A DNA stretch of 64,000 nt from Pelagomonas calceolata (GCA_918797485.1 CAKKNE010000006.1:3038001-3102000), one strand, 5' to 3'; counted from the first letter of the stretch, positions 1 through 10,669 are shown. Notes: generated by a model not told the origin, from the sequence alone. Numbers and translations: made by a program.

Positions 1-167
1 TGTAAAGCGGCCTTGGCCTTGCCGGCGAGCTCGGCCGCGAACCAGGCGCCTTTCGTCGCGAGGGTCGGCTCGTCCCCGGCGTGTTGTATAATCTTGTGGC
101 GCGGCGCCGGCGTCGGGGCGAACGCGGCGACGGTGGTGACGAGGAAAACAGCTACGAAGCGCATCAT
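1..167 (-). CDS. 5' part of a plastid-targeted protein (possibly DUF2358/SnoaL-like); runs off the window
   Basis: ATG at 167 reads MMRFVAVFLVTTVAAFAPTPAPR...ATKGAWFAAELAGKAKAAL: signal peptide plus AAFAP motif. Confidence 0.6.
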   Translation of the reverse strand, partial: MMRFVAVFLVTTVAAFAPTPAPRHKIIQHAGDEPTLATKGAWFAAELAGKAKAAL

Positions 168-392
168 CGTGCAGCACTGAACTCGTGTGAGCTTGAATTT
201 AGATCGCTAACGTCGCGCTGAGGACGCGGCGGCTGGCTTGCGTGGCCAAGGCTCTCCCAAACTCAAAATCACGGCTCTCGAGACCGCTGTTTTTGCGCCA
301 CAGCTCGTGTACGCTGTTCGTTCGGTGCAAAACACGTTCGAATCGCGTATCTAGAGCTCTTCGTTGGACAGCAGAGCTGGAGACGCCGATTA

Positions 393-415
393 CTAGTGCC
401 TTACGGGGCCGCTAG
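393..415 (-). promoter_or_regulatory. CTAG-bounded intergenic motif copy
   Basis: ctagtgccttacggggccgctag between divergent genes. Confidence 0.6.
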
Positions 416-568
416 CTTGTCTCCGGGACTTGAGCTTGAACAGCACGGCAGAGGCTGCGCAACGAGCTCATATACGATACACGCGAGCGATTACAAGTGC
501 TCTGCAAGCAGCGGACCGCTGGAGCCGAACGCCAACGCCTCGGGCTCAACAAAGCAGCTAGCGACAGC

Positions 569-1762
569 ATGCGCCTCGCCATAGCCTTGCTCCTAAGCGC
601 CGCGACGGCCTACACGCCGCCGCGGCCACCTAGACGATCCCCGCGCTCCCCAGGAGGCAACAACAAGCCACCTAGTCGAAAGCGCGAGATCATAGTAGAA
701 CCTCTAGAATCGTGGGGCGCCTTCGACGCCGGCAAGCACCGCATGGGCGTGAGTACCGTGTCCTGGGGTAATCCGGACAACGGTTTTGTAAGGAAGAAGA
801 AGTTGCGAGGTGGAGAACGCTTCAGCCAAAAAGACTGCCGACTCGCGTACCAGGAGCTCATGAAAAATGACGTCAAAACGTTCGCCATCCCGGGCGGGCA
901 GGCCGCAAATGATTGCTTCGGCAAGGCCGTGAAGAAGGCCAAAGTTTTTGACCCTCCGAAGGTTGTTACTTATTGCGCTCCTTCGCTGAAAGCGCGCTAC
1001 TTCGGCAAAGAGGAAAATAGAAAAAGATATGGGTACGCTTCGGTCGCTACGTCCGTGAATGATGTTTTGGAGGTCCTTGGGAGTGCTTATGTGGATGCTT
1101 GTCTCGTTGGCGGGGCTCTACCGGGGTCGAGCTGCCCCGCGCCTCCGCGCGCTAGTAATTCGATAGAGTCCGTGGGCGTCCAGAACGTCCAGGGTGGGTC
1201 GGCTTTGCGCAAGGCGCATCGAGCTTTTGAGAGGAAAGGTCTACAACTGAAGGCGTGCTACGTCGACTTTTCACTCGTGGACAATTTGGCCATGCGGGAC
1301 GGCACGCTGGAGGCGGCCAAGGAGCTCGACATTACGGTATTAGCGCGGTCGCCTTTGTGTGCTGGTCTAGGGAGTGGCGAGATCACGGAGCGCAACCCGA
1401 CCGGCGGTTCGACAGTCGGCGCGTCCCCGAAGTGGCGGCCGCGGGCCCTGCGGCAATTAGCACCCTTACACGACGCCATCGAGCAGGTCTGCGGCATGGT
1501 GCAGGCGCGGCGGGCCGACGACGAGCGGTCGATGGCCCAGCGGCAGAATAGGGACGCCGGAAAAGTAGAAAAGATCCTACCCGTGCAAGTAGCTTTGCAG
1601 TGGGTCCGCGCGAAGGGCGCGGTACCTCTGCCCGCGGTCAAAAATCAGAAGCACGCCCAGGCGATCATCGGGTGCCAGGGCTGGGCGCTCGAGGAAAACG
1701 AGGTCGCGGTGCTCGACGCGGCGCTGCCTCGGTCGGTGCCAAAGTTCGCGCGGCTGCGCTAA
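569..1762 (+). CDS. aldo/keto reductase family protein (pyridoxal reductase-like), probably plastid-targeted
   Basis: MRLAIALLLSAATAYTPP presequence; MGVSTVSWG, ITVLARSPLCAGLGSG, QVALQWVRAKGAVPLP AKR motifs. Confidence 0.75.
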   Translation: MRLAIALLLSAATAYTPPRPPRRSPRSPGGNNKPPSRKREIIVEPLESWGAFDAGKHRMGVSTVSWGNPDNGFVRKKKLRGGERFSQKDCRLAYQELMKNDVKTFAIPGGQAANDCFGKAVKKAKVFDPPKVVTYCAPSLKARYFGKEENRKRYGYASVATSVNDVLEVLGSAYVDACLVGGALPGSSCPAPPRASNSIESVGVQNVQGGSALRKAHRAFERKGLQLKACYVDFSLVDNLAMRDGTLEAAKELDITVLARSPLCAGLGSGEITERNPTGGSTVGASPKWRPRALRQLAPLHDAIEQVCGMVQARRADDERSMAQRQNRDAGKVEKILPVQVALQWVRAKGAVPLPAVKNQKHAQAIIGCQGWALEENEVAVLDAALPRSVPKFARLR

Positions 1763-1802
1763 GTTTATTATATTATTCGGCGATAGCGTGGGGCGGGCCT
1801 AG

Positions 1803-2597
1803 TTAGTCGATCCGCCACGGCGGCAGGATTGTCCCGTAGAGCTCGAGGCCGCGGATGTGCATGCATCGATGTGCATGCATCGATAAGGCCGGTCCCAGCA
1901 GCCGGATCCGGAAGCGGGTCGAGGCGCAGGGGTATAGCTGAAAGGTAACGGCGCCGTTTCCCCCGAGGTAAAACCCGCCAGTCCACGGACTTGGGCGGGA
2001 GTAGAGGAGCCGGCGCCACTCCTCACCATCGAAGGCTTCGAACGCCCAATCTAAAAAGCGTTCTGCACCGCAGCTAGAAAATCCGAAGCTGAAAGCTGTA
2101 ACCTGGAACCGGAACGGGAGCTCGTACTGAACAAAAGAGCCCGTCCCAAGGGTACACTCTCCAACACCACTGATCTTCCTGGCTACATTCTGATCGACGA
2201 TTGCCGACTTTAAAAAAGATGCGTAGGGCTCCGTGTCTGGATCAAAACGTAATTCCATGAGACCTTCCCGATGAATCGTGATTACGAGCCCCGCGGGCGG
2301 CACCGCTGCATTGGCCACCACTTGTGCGCTATTTTGATGGCTGCTGCGTACTATTCTTGTAGGCCACTGCCGCGTCCCGAGCGCAGTTGCGAGTGCGTGG
2401 ACCACGCCGGTGACGCCGCGACCTGACGGCTCTGGCCGTCGCAACGCGTAGCTGTCCGCGCCGCGGGCGCGCGCGAGTGTCGTCGACGTCGCCAGGTCGC
2501 GTAAATGCTTCGAGGCGGCTCCCGCCCCGCGGGCGCAGTCCTTTAAAGGAACAAAGGTCAGGAGCTTGTGGAGGCAGTCGTCGCCGAGGGTATCCAT
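1803..2597 (-). CDS. F-box-like protein with a C-terminal discoidin/galactose-binding-like domain
   Basis: MDTLGDDCLHKLLTFVP F-box-like start; WAFEAFDGEEW...RFRIRL...IRGLELYG C-terminus. Confidence 0.55.
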   Translation of the reverse strand: MDTLGDDCLHKLLTFVPLKDCARGAGAASKHLRDLATSTTLARARGADSYALRRPEPSGRGVTGVVHALATALGTRQWPTRIVRSSHQNSAQVVANAAVPPAGLVITIHREGLMELRFDPDTEPYASFLKSAIVDQNVARKISGVGECTLGTGSFVQYELPFRFQVTAFSFGFSSCGAERFLDWAFEAFDGEEWRRLLYSRPSPWTGGFYLGGNGAVTFQLYPCASTRFRIRLLGPALSMHAHRCMHIRGLELYGTILPPWRID

Positions 2598-2686
2598 TCT
2601 TTTGTGTTGTGAGCGTGTCCTGTCGCCCAGTTGGGGTGCTACGGGATACGCGCGCGCGGAGCTGACCGGATCAAAACAGGTTTTGC

Positions 2687-2908
2687 ATGAACGGCGACAT
2701 CTCGCGCCGCGAGTCGACGACCGGGGAAATTGCCCAGGCGCTCGTCGAGGCAAAAACAACCCTGGCCACCAAGTCGTACGACTTCGACGAAGCACGGCTC
2801 CGTTCGCGCAATGCGGCGATCGCTCTGGAGGCGAGCCACGCGGCCTTCAGAGCGCTTGCGGCCGAGAACGACCGCCTGAGGGCGTCCCGACACAATCACT
2901 CGAAGTAG
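2687..2908 (+). CDS. small coiled-coil hypothetical protein
   Basis: 73-aa ATG ORF with a helical heptad pattern (IAQALVEAKTTLA...LAAENDRLR). Confidence 0.4.
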   Translation: MNGDISRRESTTGEIAQALVEAKTTLATKSYDFDEARLRSRNAAIALEASHAAFRALAAENDRLRASRHNHSK

Positions 2909-3160
2909 CCAACTGTAAAACAAACGTACTTATTCACACAATGCGTCGCGCGTCGACGCGCGAAGACCTGCGTCGGGAACGTGAGCGCGGCAGGATACAC
3001 ACCGCTATAAAATGCGACGAACGAGGCGTTGCGTCGGATACAGATTTAGGTATGGATGTAGTTGCGGACATAGCCGTAGTAGCGGCTCCCAATGACGTGC
3101 AAATGTCGGAGGTTTCGTCACCCGCGTACGATATGAACCCAAAAGGACACGGGCACGCAC

Positions 3161-5062
3161 TTAACTCGTCCAGCGGTCGATCGCCGCAAATTCCACCCTA
3201 CGAGCGTAGGGGGCCTCCGGCGGGTCGTCGTCGTCCGAGAACATCAGGTCCAAATGGTGGGCCCCGAGCGGCAAGATCAGGGCGCTCACGTCCTTTGACG
3301 AGGAAAGGTTCCGGAGCCAGGGGCCCGTGTACCTCCCGGGTTCGATCACCGTCAGATCATCATAGACCCCGGCGCTGCTCCACGGATCTAGTAGCCCGTT
3401 CGAAAAGATAATGTTCGAGTAGCCTTCGAGTGACTTCCTGCCAAAATACGCGTCGAGCCACTGGCTCCACGGGTCGGAAGTCGTAGGATAGCCCGCCAGA
3501 CCGGGCGGCGGCGCGCAGCCCGCTCCTTTCGAACCGATAGGCCCCAAGGCGTCCTCGAGCGTCTCATTGGGAGCGTGGTTCGGCGGCCAGTAGAGACCGT
3601 CGGTGTCGCCCTGGTGGAGGTAGTTCACGAGGTTCAAGTCGTCGTTGCAGACCACGGGCTCCCAGGCGCTCGCGGCGCCGCCCGCGTACTGGGTTGAGCA
3701 CGTATCGCTCTTGGTCGTCGTCGCGAAGGGAGGCGTCTGTTGCTTCAAGGTCGCGTCGACGGCGTCGAGGCGACGCCGCGCCGCCTCGACGCCGTCGACG
3801 TGGCCGTCAGAGAGTCTATGCGTCTCGTGAGAGAGCCACGGAGAGTCGCCGTTCGAGCTGTCGCACTGGCTCGGGTCGAAGCACTTGAGTGTATGAGTGA
3901 CGTTGCACCAGACGCTCCAGGCACCTAAAGCTCCATGTAACAACTTAGTTAAATGAGGCATGCTTTCCAAGTCACTGACAGAAGCGGTCGGGAAGAAGTC
4001 CGAGGAGGTCGCGTCCCAGTCCACACTGATAGAAACGCCGTCCACCGTGACACGGTCGTCGGTCACGTCCACCATTAAATCCAACAATTCCGAACAAGCG
4101 ACGCGCGCCGGCCACGCCGGCAGTGCATAGTTTCCAGGTCCGACGGCCGACGTGATATAGGTCGAGGGAAACGGGTAGTCGGCTTCGGCAACGTCAAAAA
4201 AGACGCCCTGGACGGCCTTCGCTAAGCGTAGGCCGGCCTCCTCATCTGTTCCTAATGAACCAGGGCAGAGCCTGAAGCGTTCCGAGAGGAACGTCCTCCC
4301 AGTCGGAGTTTTGCCGATTTCATTCATCAAAGGAAAAGCTCCTCTCAGATTCCGGGCGCAATGTTCCGACCCGCCGGCCTTGCCGAAGGCCCTTGCTACG
4401 GCGATCGCCCCTCCGTTCAACGGCGGTCTACACAAAGGTAAACCCCAGATCGGCGCCGACGCGGCGATGGCGCCTTGTACCGATGCGGGATACTTCAGCC
4501 GGAACCAGGCCGCGAGCATGCCCCCGTAGCTGCCGCCGACGGCGACGACCGGCACTTGGCCATAGATTGCGCGGAGCTTCTGTATTACCACCGCATAATC
4601 GGCCAACGCTTGCTCCACCGTGCAGAAACTCAGGCAATCTCTCATACCTTTGGTGTCGGGCGTGGATCGCGCCTCGTAGCGGTGCTCGGCCCACACTAAT
4701 AATGTGCCAGGTCGCTTAGCCGCATACTCCCACATGAGTCCAGTATTATTAACGTACTCGTCGACCGGGCTCTCGTTGCCGACGTAGAGTAGTACTCGAG
4801 TGATGTTTTTTGTGGCGAAGCCGTCGTACAGACACAAGCGCTGGTCGAAGGTCTTTTCAATACTCCCGAAGTGGTCGAGCTGTTGGGTCAGCGCCTTCCA
4901 GGAGCAGTTCTGCGCGTCCGGGAGAGTTGTGTGGGTGGCGAAGGGGCTGCGCCTCGACGCGAAGCGGCTGGCGCGCCAGCGGCGGCGGTGTCTCAAGCGT
5001 CGCGCGGCCGCGGCGTGTTGCGACAGCAGCACGGCTGCGAGGGCAGTCAGTGCAGCCCTCAT
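3161..5062 (-). CDS. serine carboxypeptidase S28 (lysosomal Pro-X carboxypeptidase-like)
   Basis: signal peptide; QQLDHF, AEHRY, EQALADYA, GGSYGG, FSNGLLDPW, AHHLDL motifs. Confidence 0.92.
   Translation of the reverse strand: MRAALTALAAVLLSQHAAAARRLRHRRRWRASRFASRRSPFATHTTLPDAQNCSWKALTQQLDHFGSIEKTFDQRLCLYDGFATKNITRVLLYVGNESPVDEYVNNTGLMWEYAAKRPGTLLVWAEHRYEARSTPDTKGMRDCLSFCTVEQALADYAVVIQKLRAIYGQVPVVAVGGSYGGMLAAWFRLKYPASVQGAIAASAPIWGLPLCRPPLNGGAIAVARAFGKAGGSEHCARNLRGAFPLMNEIGKTPTGRTFLSERFRLCPGSLGTDEEAGLRLAKAVQGVFFDVAEADYPFPSTYITSAVGPGNYALPAWPARVACSELLDLMVDVTDDRVTVDGVSISVDWDATSSDFFPTASVSDLESMPHLTKLLHGALGAWSVWCNVTHTLKCFDPSQCDSSNGDSPWLSHETHRLSDGHVDGVEAARRRLDAVDATLKQQTPPFATTTKSDTCSTQYAGGAASAWEPVVCNDDLNLVNYLHQGDTDGLYWPPNHAPNETLEDALGPIGSKGAGCAPPPGLAGYPTTSDPWSQWLDAYFGRKSLEGYSNIIFSNGLLDPWSSAGVYDDLTVIEPGRYTGPWLRNLSSSKDVSALILPLGAHHLDLMFSDDDDPPEAPYARRVEFAAIDRWTS
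3737..3839 (-). repeat. palindromic repeat inserted in the S28 gene; homologous to 51295-51382
   Basis: perfect 19-bp inverted repeat 3754-3772/3782-3800; shares gactctctgacggcc(a/g)cgtcgacg with the 51.3-kb copy. Confidence 0.65.
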
Positions 5063-5190
5063 GATATACTCTGTGGAACCCCCCGGCGAGACAAGAGCGC
5101 TTTGATTTGATGAATGCGGGCTCCGAGGGCCAGCCTACGAGGCGTGCGGCTTCACGCAGCCGATGCGCAGCTTCAGCGCGCTCTGCCGAG

Positions 5191-5212
5191 CTAGCGGCAT
5201 GTAAGACACTAG
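5191..5212 (+). promoter_or_regulatory. CTAG-bounded intergenic motif copy
   Basis: ctagcggcatgtaagacactag between divergent genes. Confidence 0.7.
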
Positions 5213-5483
5213 CCTGGCAAAGCCCAAATCAACTGGATTGCGAGGCCGAGCGCGCGTACAGCATTCTATCCGCGTTTACCGAGGCTCCACAGCGCGCTTA
5301 TTACCGTCAGGAACGAAATCTGCACCGCTCACGACGGGTGCGTTCAAAAACAGCACGCTCTCAAAAGCAGCTGAGATTTGATCTCCGCGCGCGCGGCACA
5401 GCAAGCGATATACGCACGCGACGCCAGCCAACGCGCATCAATCTACACGAGCACGCCAGCCGACGCGCGCATCAATCAAGACA

Positions 5484-6237
5484 ATGTCAGCCGTCCCCTT
5501 CGCCGGCGTCGGCAAGCCCTTCCAGAAGCACGCCGAGCGCCACGCCGCCGGCACGCCGCGGGAATCGATAGACGAGTTTGACGGGCGGGCCGTGCTCGCG
5601 CTGCCGCGGGAGGGCGCGTCCAAGGACGGCGAGCGGCCCTGGTTCTCGGGCCAGGTCGTCGCGACGGACGGGTCGCGGCGCCAGTTCCAGGTCCTCGCGA
5701 CCCCCCTACCGCCCTGCGAGGACGGCTGCAAGTGTTCGGGGGGCGACGGCCTGCATAGATATAGGTTGGCCCTCAAGGACGCGACGCGGCGGTTGTGTGC
5801 GGTGGTCATCTGCGACGCGTCGGGCGGCGACTTCCTGCGGTTGAGACCTGTGTGGACATCAAATTTTACGGCGCGTTCGCCTGCCCGATGGCGTGGCGAT
5901 GTCGGTTCCTCACCGCTCGACGGACACCCGACGCACTGGTTGATTTCCACACAGGTTGACGCCGGCGGACCCTTCGTTAGCATCGTTCGAGCCGGAGACG
6001 CTCCTCGAAGACGACCGCGCGCGGGCCGCGCTAGATACGTTCTTCCCGCGCCTCGCGGCGGAGGCCGACGCCGGTTTTGATTGTTGCGTCGTCGTCGGTC
6101 GGTTTCAATGCAAGCAGTTGCTCCTCTTCGGGGCGACGCGGAAGCGCGGGGCCGCCGATGCTATGCCGGGCGCCACGCCGCCGCCCAAGAAGCCGGCGGT
6201 CGCACCGGCTCCGACGACGCCGCCGCCGGGGCCCTAG
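5484..6237 (+). CDS. two-exon hypothetical protein (5484-5839, 5955-6237); possible OB fold resembling the POT1/RPA C-terminus
   Basis: removing intron 5840-5954 joins GGDFLR|LTPADPSL in frame; YRLALKDAT...FDCCVVV resembles the POT1 C-terminal OB fold. Confidence 0.55.
5848..5954 (+). mobile_element. introner element (intron 5840-5954, GT-AG)
   Basis: TIR ctgtgtggacatcaa/ttgatttccacacag; TSD gttgagac/gttgacgc. Confidence 0.85.
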
Positions 6238-6356
6238 GAGGGGTGCCAGCTCCGAGGCGCCCTGGGAGTGGCGTCGCGTCGTCGCTGTGTCTGTGATCTG
6301 TGTGTGTGCCTAACTACCCCCTTCGACGCCGCCGACGCGCCAACTCATAGACAAAC

Positions 6357-6998
6357 TTAGTGCGTGAAGATCTTCCCCTTGCGCTCGCCGCAGACGGGCC
6401 GCGCCGACATGGGCTCGCGGTACGTCTCGAGGTAGTAGCGCGGCAGGGCCCGATCGTCTTCCTCCTTCTTCGCTTGCAGGGACGATAGCCGCGCTTCCAA
6501 CGCCCTCCTTTCGTCCAGGATGTCATCAAGACGACCCTTCGAGGCATCCACATCGTCCGCTGAAATAGTATAGATGTACTCGTGCCGCCTCATGGTATAC
6601 GGTTTCCGCGGGACGCCCTCATCGGTCAGAAACCGCGGCGACGGCGCGTCGGGCGTCGCCGGCCGCGGCCGCGCTTCCCGTTGTATTATACCTGGTGCCA
6701 TCTTCCCTCTACGAGAGACGGGGTCGTAGGTCACGTCGCCTCGTCTGTAAGCTCTTGCGACTTCGGCCAAAGCCCTACCAGTAGTCGTGTGCTGCGTCCT
6801 TTGGTAAGCGACGGCCTTCGATGCGTCGAAGACGGTCGTGGGGAGGGTGAATTTGGGCGGCGCGCGGTCCTCGTACTTCTGCTCCTTCGTCATCCTATCC
6901 CGCTCGTAGGCCAGTTCCTGCGTCGAGAGGCAGCGCGCCAATGAATTGCCGTCCCTTACTCCGACCTCCTTGTGGGCTACTACTTTCTCGCGCGTCAT
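6357..6998 (-). CDS. hypothetical protein (5' end uncertain)
   Basis: ORF of >200 aa with a coiled-coil segment (ILDERRALEARLSSLQ). Confidence 0.55.
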   Translation of the reverse strand: MTREKVVAHKEVGVRDGNSLARCLSTQELAYERDRMTKEQKYEDRAPPKFTLPTTVFDASKAVAYQRTQHTTTGRALAEVARAYRRGDVTYDPVSRRGKMAPGIIQREARPRPATPDAPSPRFLTDEGVPRKPYTMRRHEYIYTISADDVDASKGRLDDILDERRALEARLSSLQAKKEEDDRALPRYYLETYREPMSARPVCGERKGKIFTH

Positions 6999-7479
6999 CC
7001 TGCGCAGCGATGGCGTCGAGGCGCTTGCAATCACTTATGGTGAGGCTGGCTGCCTGTGGGCCTCCTGGGACGAGCGACGGCGGCCGCGGCGGGAGGCGGC
7101 CGGTTTGTAGTCGTTCGTGTGCCGCAAGCGTCTCCCGCTGGAAGGGCTGCGTTTGCGGGCGGAGAGGCACCGCTACACTCAGGCGCTGCGGCGTGAGATG
7201 GCCTCTCTAGAAACGCGAGCGCTCTCCGCGGGCTGCGGACCACGTGTTAACGCGTCTGGAGACGTATGGGTGTGTGGGAGTGCTCGAAATCCGACATGCT
7301 AGTGGGGTTACCTAGCACCATCGGACAAAATTATTTGGGCCGACAAGCAGCCATTACTTTCCGGTTTTGCAACGACAAGCCGCAAAACTCTCGGATCAGT
7401 CGATTGGCTGCCACGCGCCGCCATTCGTCGCCTCCTCTCGCTCTCAGCCCTCGCCGCGCCGGCGCGCAGCCTGGCAGCC

Positions 7480-8223
7480 ATGCCGGCCACCAAGCGCACG
7501 CTCGCGTTGTTCGACGTCGACGGTACATTAACACCAGCGCGCCTGAAGATCACGCCGGAGATGAAGGCCTTCCTCCAAGAATTGCGGAAAACCATCAGCA
7601 TCGGCGTCGTCGGTGGGTCCGACTTCGTCAAGCAACAGGAGCAAATCGGTAGCGATTCTCTGTCCAATTTCGACTACTCCTTCGCCGAGAACGGGTTGGT
7701 AGCGTACAAAAACGACGAACTAATAGCGAAGGCGTCGTTCGCCCAAAAGATCGGCGAAGAGGAGTTACAGAAATTAATTAATTGGGTCCTCGCGTACCTG
7801 TCCAAAATTACGTTGCCCATCAAGCGGGGCACGTTCATCGAGTTCCGGACGGGCATGCTCAACATCTCGCCGATCGGGCGGAACTGCGCGCGCGACGAAA
7901 GGAACGCGTTCGAGGAGTATGATTTGAAGAACAATATAAGAAAGGACATGGTCGCTGCGATGCAGAAAGAGTTCGCCCACCTCAACCTGACCTTCTCGAT
8001 CGGCGGGCAGATCTCGTTCGACGTGTTTCCCGCGGGGTGGGACAAGACGTACTGCCTCCAGTTTGTGGATAGATCGTTGTTCGACGAGGTCCATTTTTTT
8101 GGAGACAAGACCTTTGAAGGCGGTAATGATTATGAGATCTTTACGCACCCGGACGTGAAGGGCCACTCCGTGACGTCGCCGGACGACACGAAGGCGCAGT
8201 GCACGGAGCTGTTCCTCTCGTAG
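7480..8223 (+). CDS. PMM: phosphomannomutase (eukaryotic HAD type)
   Basis: LFDVDGTLT, VGGSD, KRGTFIEFRTGMLNISPIGR, GGQISFDVFP, FFGDKT...GGND. Confidence 0.97.
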   Translation: MPATKRTLALFDVDGTLTPARLKITPEMKAFLQELRKTISIGVVGGSDFVKQQEQIGSDSLSNFDYSFAENGLVAYKNDELIAKASFAQKIGEEELQKLINWVLAYLSKITLPIKRGTFIEFRTGMLNISPIGRNCARDERNAFEEYDLKNNIRKDMVAAMQKEFAHLNLTFSIGGQISFDVFPAGWDKTYCLQFVDRSLFDEVHFFGDKTFEGGNDYEIFTHPDVKGHSVTSPDDTKAQCTELFLS

Positions 8224-8279
8224 ATGATGGACTGTGGTATAAAAACTTGAGATTTAATTGCTAGGGGGTAGGTCGTGAA

Positions 8280-9440
8280 TTAGAGCGTGATGCCGAAGTT
8301 GGCCTCGAGGGCGTCGCGCCACTCCTTCTCCGTGGAAAGAGTCGTGCGGCTGACTTCGACGCCGCGCTCGACGGTCTTGATGTAGTCCTTGCCGAGCATG
8401 ACATGACCGTCGTCCTTGGCGAGGACGCAGAGGCCTGCGGGCGGAACACACACGTCGCCGTCACGACCGTACGAGTCGAAGGGAAGAGGACACCGGGGCG
8501 CTACGCTTCGCTTGGAAGATGTTCTTCTCGGGGTCTTCGTCGAGCACGGCCGCAAGGCCCTCGACGAATTCCGGCGAATCGTACGGGAGGTCATCTTCTA
8601 AATTCAGGGCGTAGACCGGAATTGGGGGCATAGGCTCCGGCGGCGGCGGAGGAGCTCCCACAATATCGAAGAAGGCTGTTGCTGAGCCAACGCTTCGCTC
8701 GCGCATCAGGACGTGGGAAAACCGCTCAGCAAGACCAAACTCTTCTAGGCCGAAGCCAGCGGATGGCGCGAGATTGTACTTTTCGCCGAGCGCAGGATCG
8801 GTCGCGCCGCCCTTGACGGAGAAGATTGTGCGGATCGCGTCGCCGAAACCGGGATCGACGAGCAATGGGTCCGCTCCGAGGCCGTCCACAAAGATGACCA
8901 AATGTCCCTTGTTGGGCGGAGTGCCGGGCGGGCCGAAGACGTCGGAGCGGCCCAGGCGGACGCTGTAGCCCAGCTGGCGCAGGAGCCACGCGAAGGAGAA
9001 ATTGAGTTCGAAGCAAAAACCTCCCCTGTTTTTCTCGACGAGCTTGCTCAGGCACGCGTCGACGTCGAGCGTTGGTAATAACGGCTTGGAAACGGCAGGC
9101 GTGCCGATGAAGGGCAGTCCCTCGGACGGATGGTTGTGCTGTCCAAGGTTCTCAAAAGGAATTGACGAAAGATGCGCGGTCAGCAACGCCTGGAGGTCCT
9201 CCGCGTTCGGTGCTCGGTCCACGATGGCGGCGTCGACCTGCGTAGCGCGCATGTGTCGCGGCGCGCGCGTCTCACGGGGACGCCGATGGGACGCACGCCG
9301 AGGCGGTTCAGGTACATGTCTCGCATCCCGGCATCGTCCGCGCTGCTCGCCGCCGCGCGGGGCTGCCTATGGACTCTGGAATGGGATGGTGGCAGCGTGA
9401 ACGCTGCCGCGACGGGCACAAGGAGCAGCCAAGCAACCAT
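8280..9440 (-). CDS. NAT: arylamine N-acetyltransferase, 3 exons (9440-9297, 9237-8505, 8434-8280)
   Basis: YLNRLG|VD...IPFENL, GGFCFELN, GHL, LVDPGFG (Cys-His-Asp triad); GT-AG introns 9296-9238 and 8504-8435 restore the frame. Confidence 0.88.
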
Positions 9441-9604
9441 GATCGACGGAGCTGGCTTGATTGTAGCCCTTAGCGGCGTTACACTTGCGAAGGCAGCGTC
9501 TGTCTTCTTTTGGCAGCGTCAAATGATGGGGGAGTTCTAGATTCCAAAAACTTGAACTCATGGTGCGGGTCCGCGAAGGCAGACGGATATAAGTAACAAC
9601 ATGA

Positions 9605-10579
9605 TTACAGCTCCGAAACCACAGTGCTCAGCTCCGCGTTGCGCGTCGGCCGCACTCGCAGCGCGGGAAAGCGGGCGACGGTCCGCCCCGCCCGCTCGAG
9701 TTTTTGAACGCCTTCGAAGAGCGCCCGCTCCGCGGGCCGGCCCCGCGACTCGTCCTGGCCGCCCAGCAACGCGTCGAGCAAAGACGCGTCGAAGCCAATC
9801 ACCTCACTCCGGAGCACGCCGTCGCCTAGCGACCAGGGCGACGGCGTGGATTGGACGACGATGTCCGCATCAACCGTATCGAGCACCGCATCCAGACCTT
9901 CGACGAAGTAGCGGCCCGTGATTTTCACGATCCGCCGGCACCTTTGTAAAGCTGGCAATGCTCGCCGGATCGCGCGGTGCTCGGCGTGGCCCTTGCCCTT
10001 GCTCGCGTCGACCTCGTCGTCCGTGAACGAGACGAAGTGCGCCGACGGTGCCGCCCGTCGCAGCTCCCCTAGATGTGCTCCGGAGTTCTCGACGACGACG
10101 AGCGGTCGTTTCGACGAGGCCGCGTAGCTCTCTAAAACAGCGACGTAGTCCCGCCGTCGTGCGACGGCGTCCCTTAATACGGTGTGCGTCATGGCCGACG
10201 GCGGACAGACCGTCGCGGTGAGTAATATACACCAATCCGAGGCCGGGGCTTCTTCATTTGATACCGGCGGCTCGCAGTCTCCCGCATCAAAGTCGTGGGA
10301 GGCACAGTTAAACCGCGACGCACAACAGCCGTCGCGTCGCGCCGTCGCAGCGGTGCAGCGGCCGTCGCAGTCCCGCGCCTCGCCGCCGGCGCACGGCTCC
10401 GCCGCGTCGCAGAGACCGCAGGTCCGGTTGCAGGCGCCCGCGAAGGGGCAGTCGCCGCAGAACCACGCGCCGCAGAGCGCCGCGTCGCAGGCCGCGCGCG
10501 CGCCGTCGAGCCAGAGCGGCTCGTCCGTGCAATCACTGGCGGCCGCCGCGGCCGCGACGGCGAGCGCGCGCCAGCCCAT
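9605..10579 (-). CDS. secreted Cys-rich (LNR/Notch-like) protein with a putative glycosyltransferase-like domain
   Basis: signal peptide; DGCCASRFNCASHDFDAGDC; ILLTATV...VVVENSG...KGKGHAE...IVKITGRYFV. Confidence 0.6.
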   Translation of the reverse strand: MGWRALAVAAAAAASDCTDEPLWLDGARAACDAALCGAWFCGDCPFAGACNRTCGLCDAAEPCAGGEARDCDGRCTAATARRDGCCASRFNCASHDFDAGDCEPPVSNEEAPASDWCILLTATVCPPSAMTHTVLRDAVARRRDYVAVLESYAASSKRPLVVVENSGAHLGELRRAAPSAHFVSFTDDEVDASKGKGHAEHRAIRRALPALQRCRRIVKITGRYFVEGLDAVLDTVDADIVVQSTPSPWSLGDGVLRSEVIGFDASLLDALLGGQDESRGRPAERALFEGVQKLERAGRTVARFPALRVRPTRNAELSTVVSEL

Positions 10580-10669
10580 ACTATTGGTTTGGCATCGCTG
10601 CGGGGCGCACTGGTTGAATCGCGCCGCGAGGGGCAGCCCTCTCGCGCTCCAATTGTTAGGGAACCGGGC

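Noticed and set aside
7000..7034. possible 35-nt GT-AG intron extending the 6357 gene upstream
   Set aside because: Very short, and the in-frame upstream exon has no convincing ATG or protein-like content
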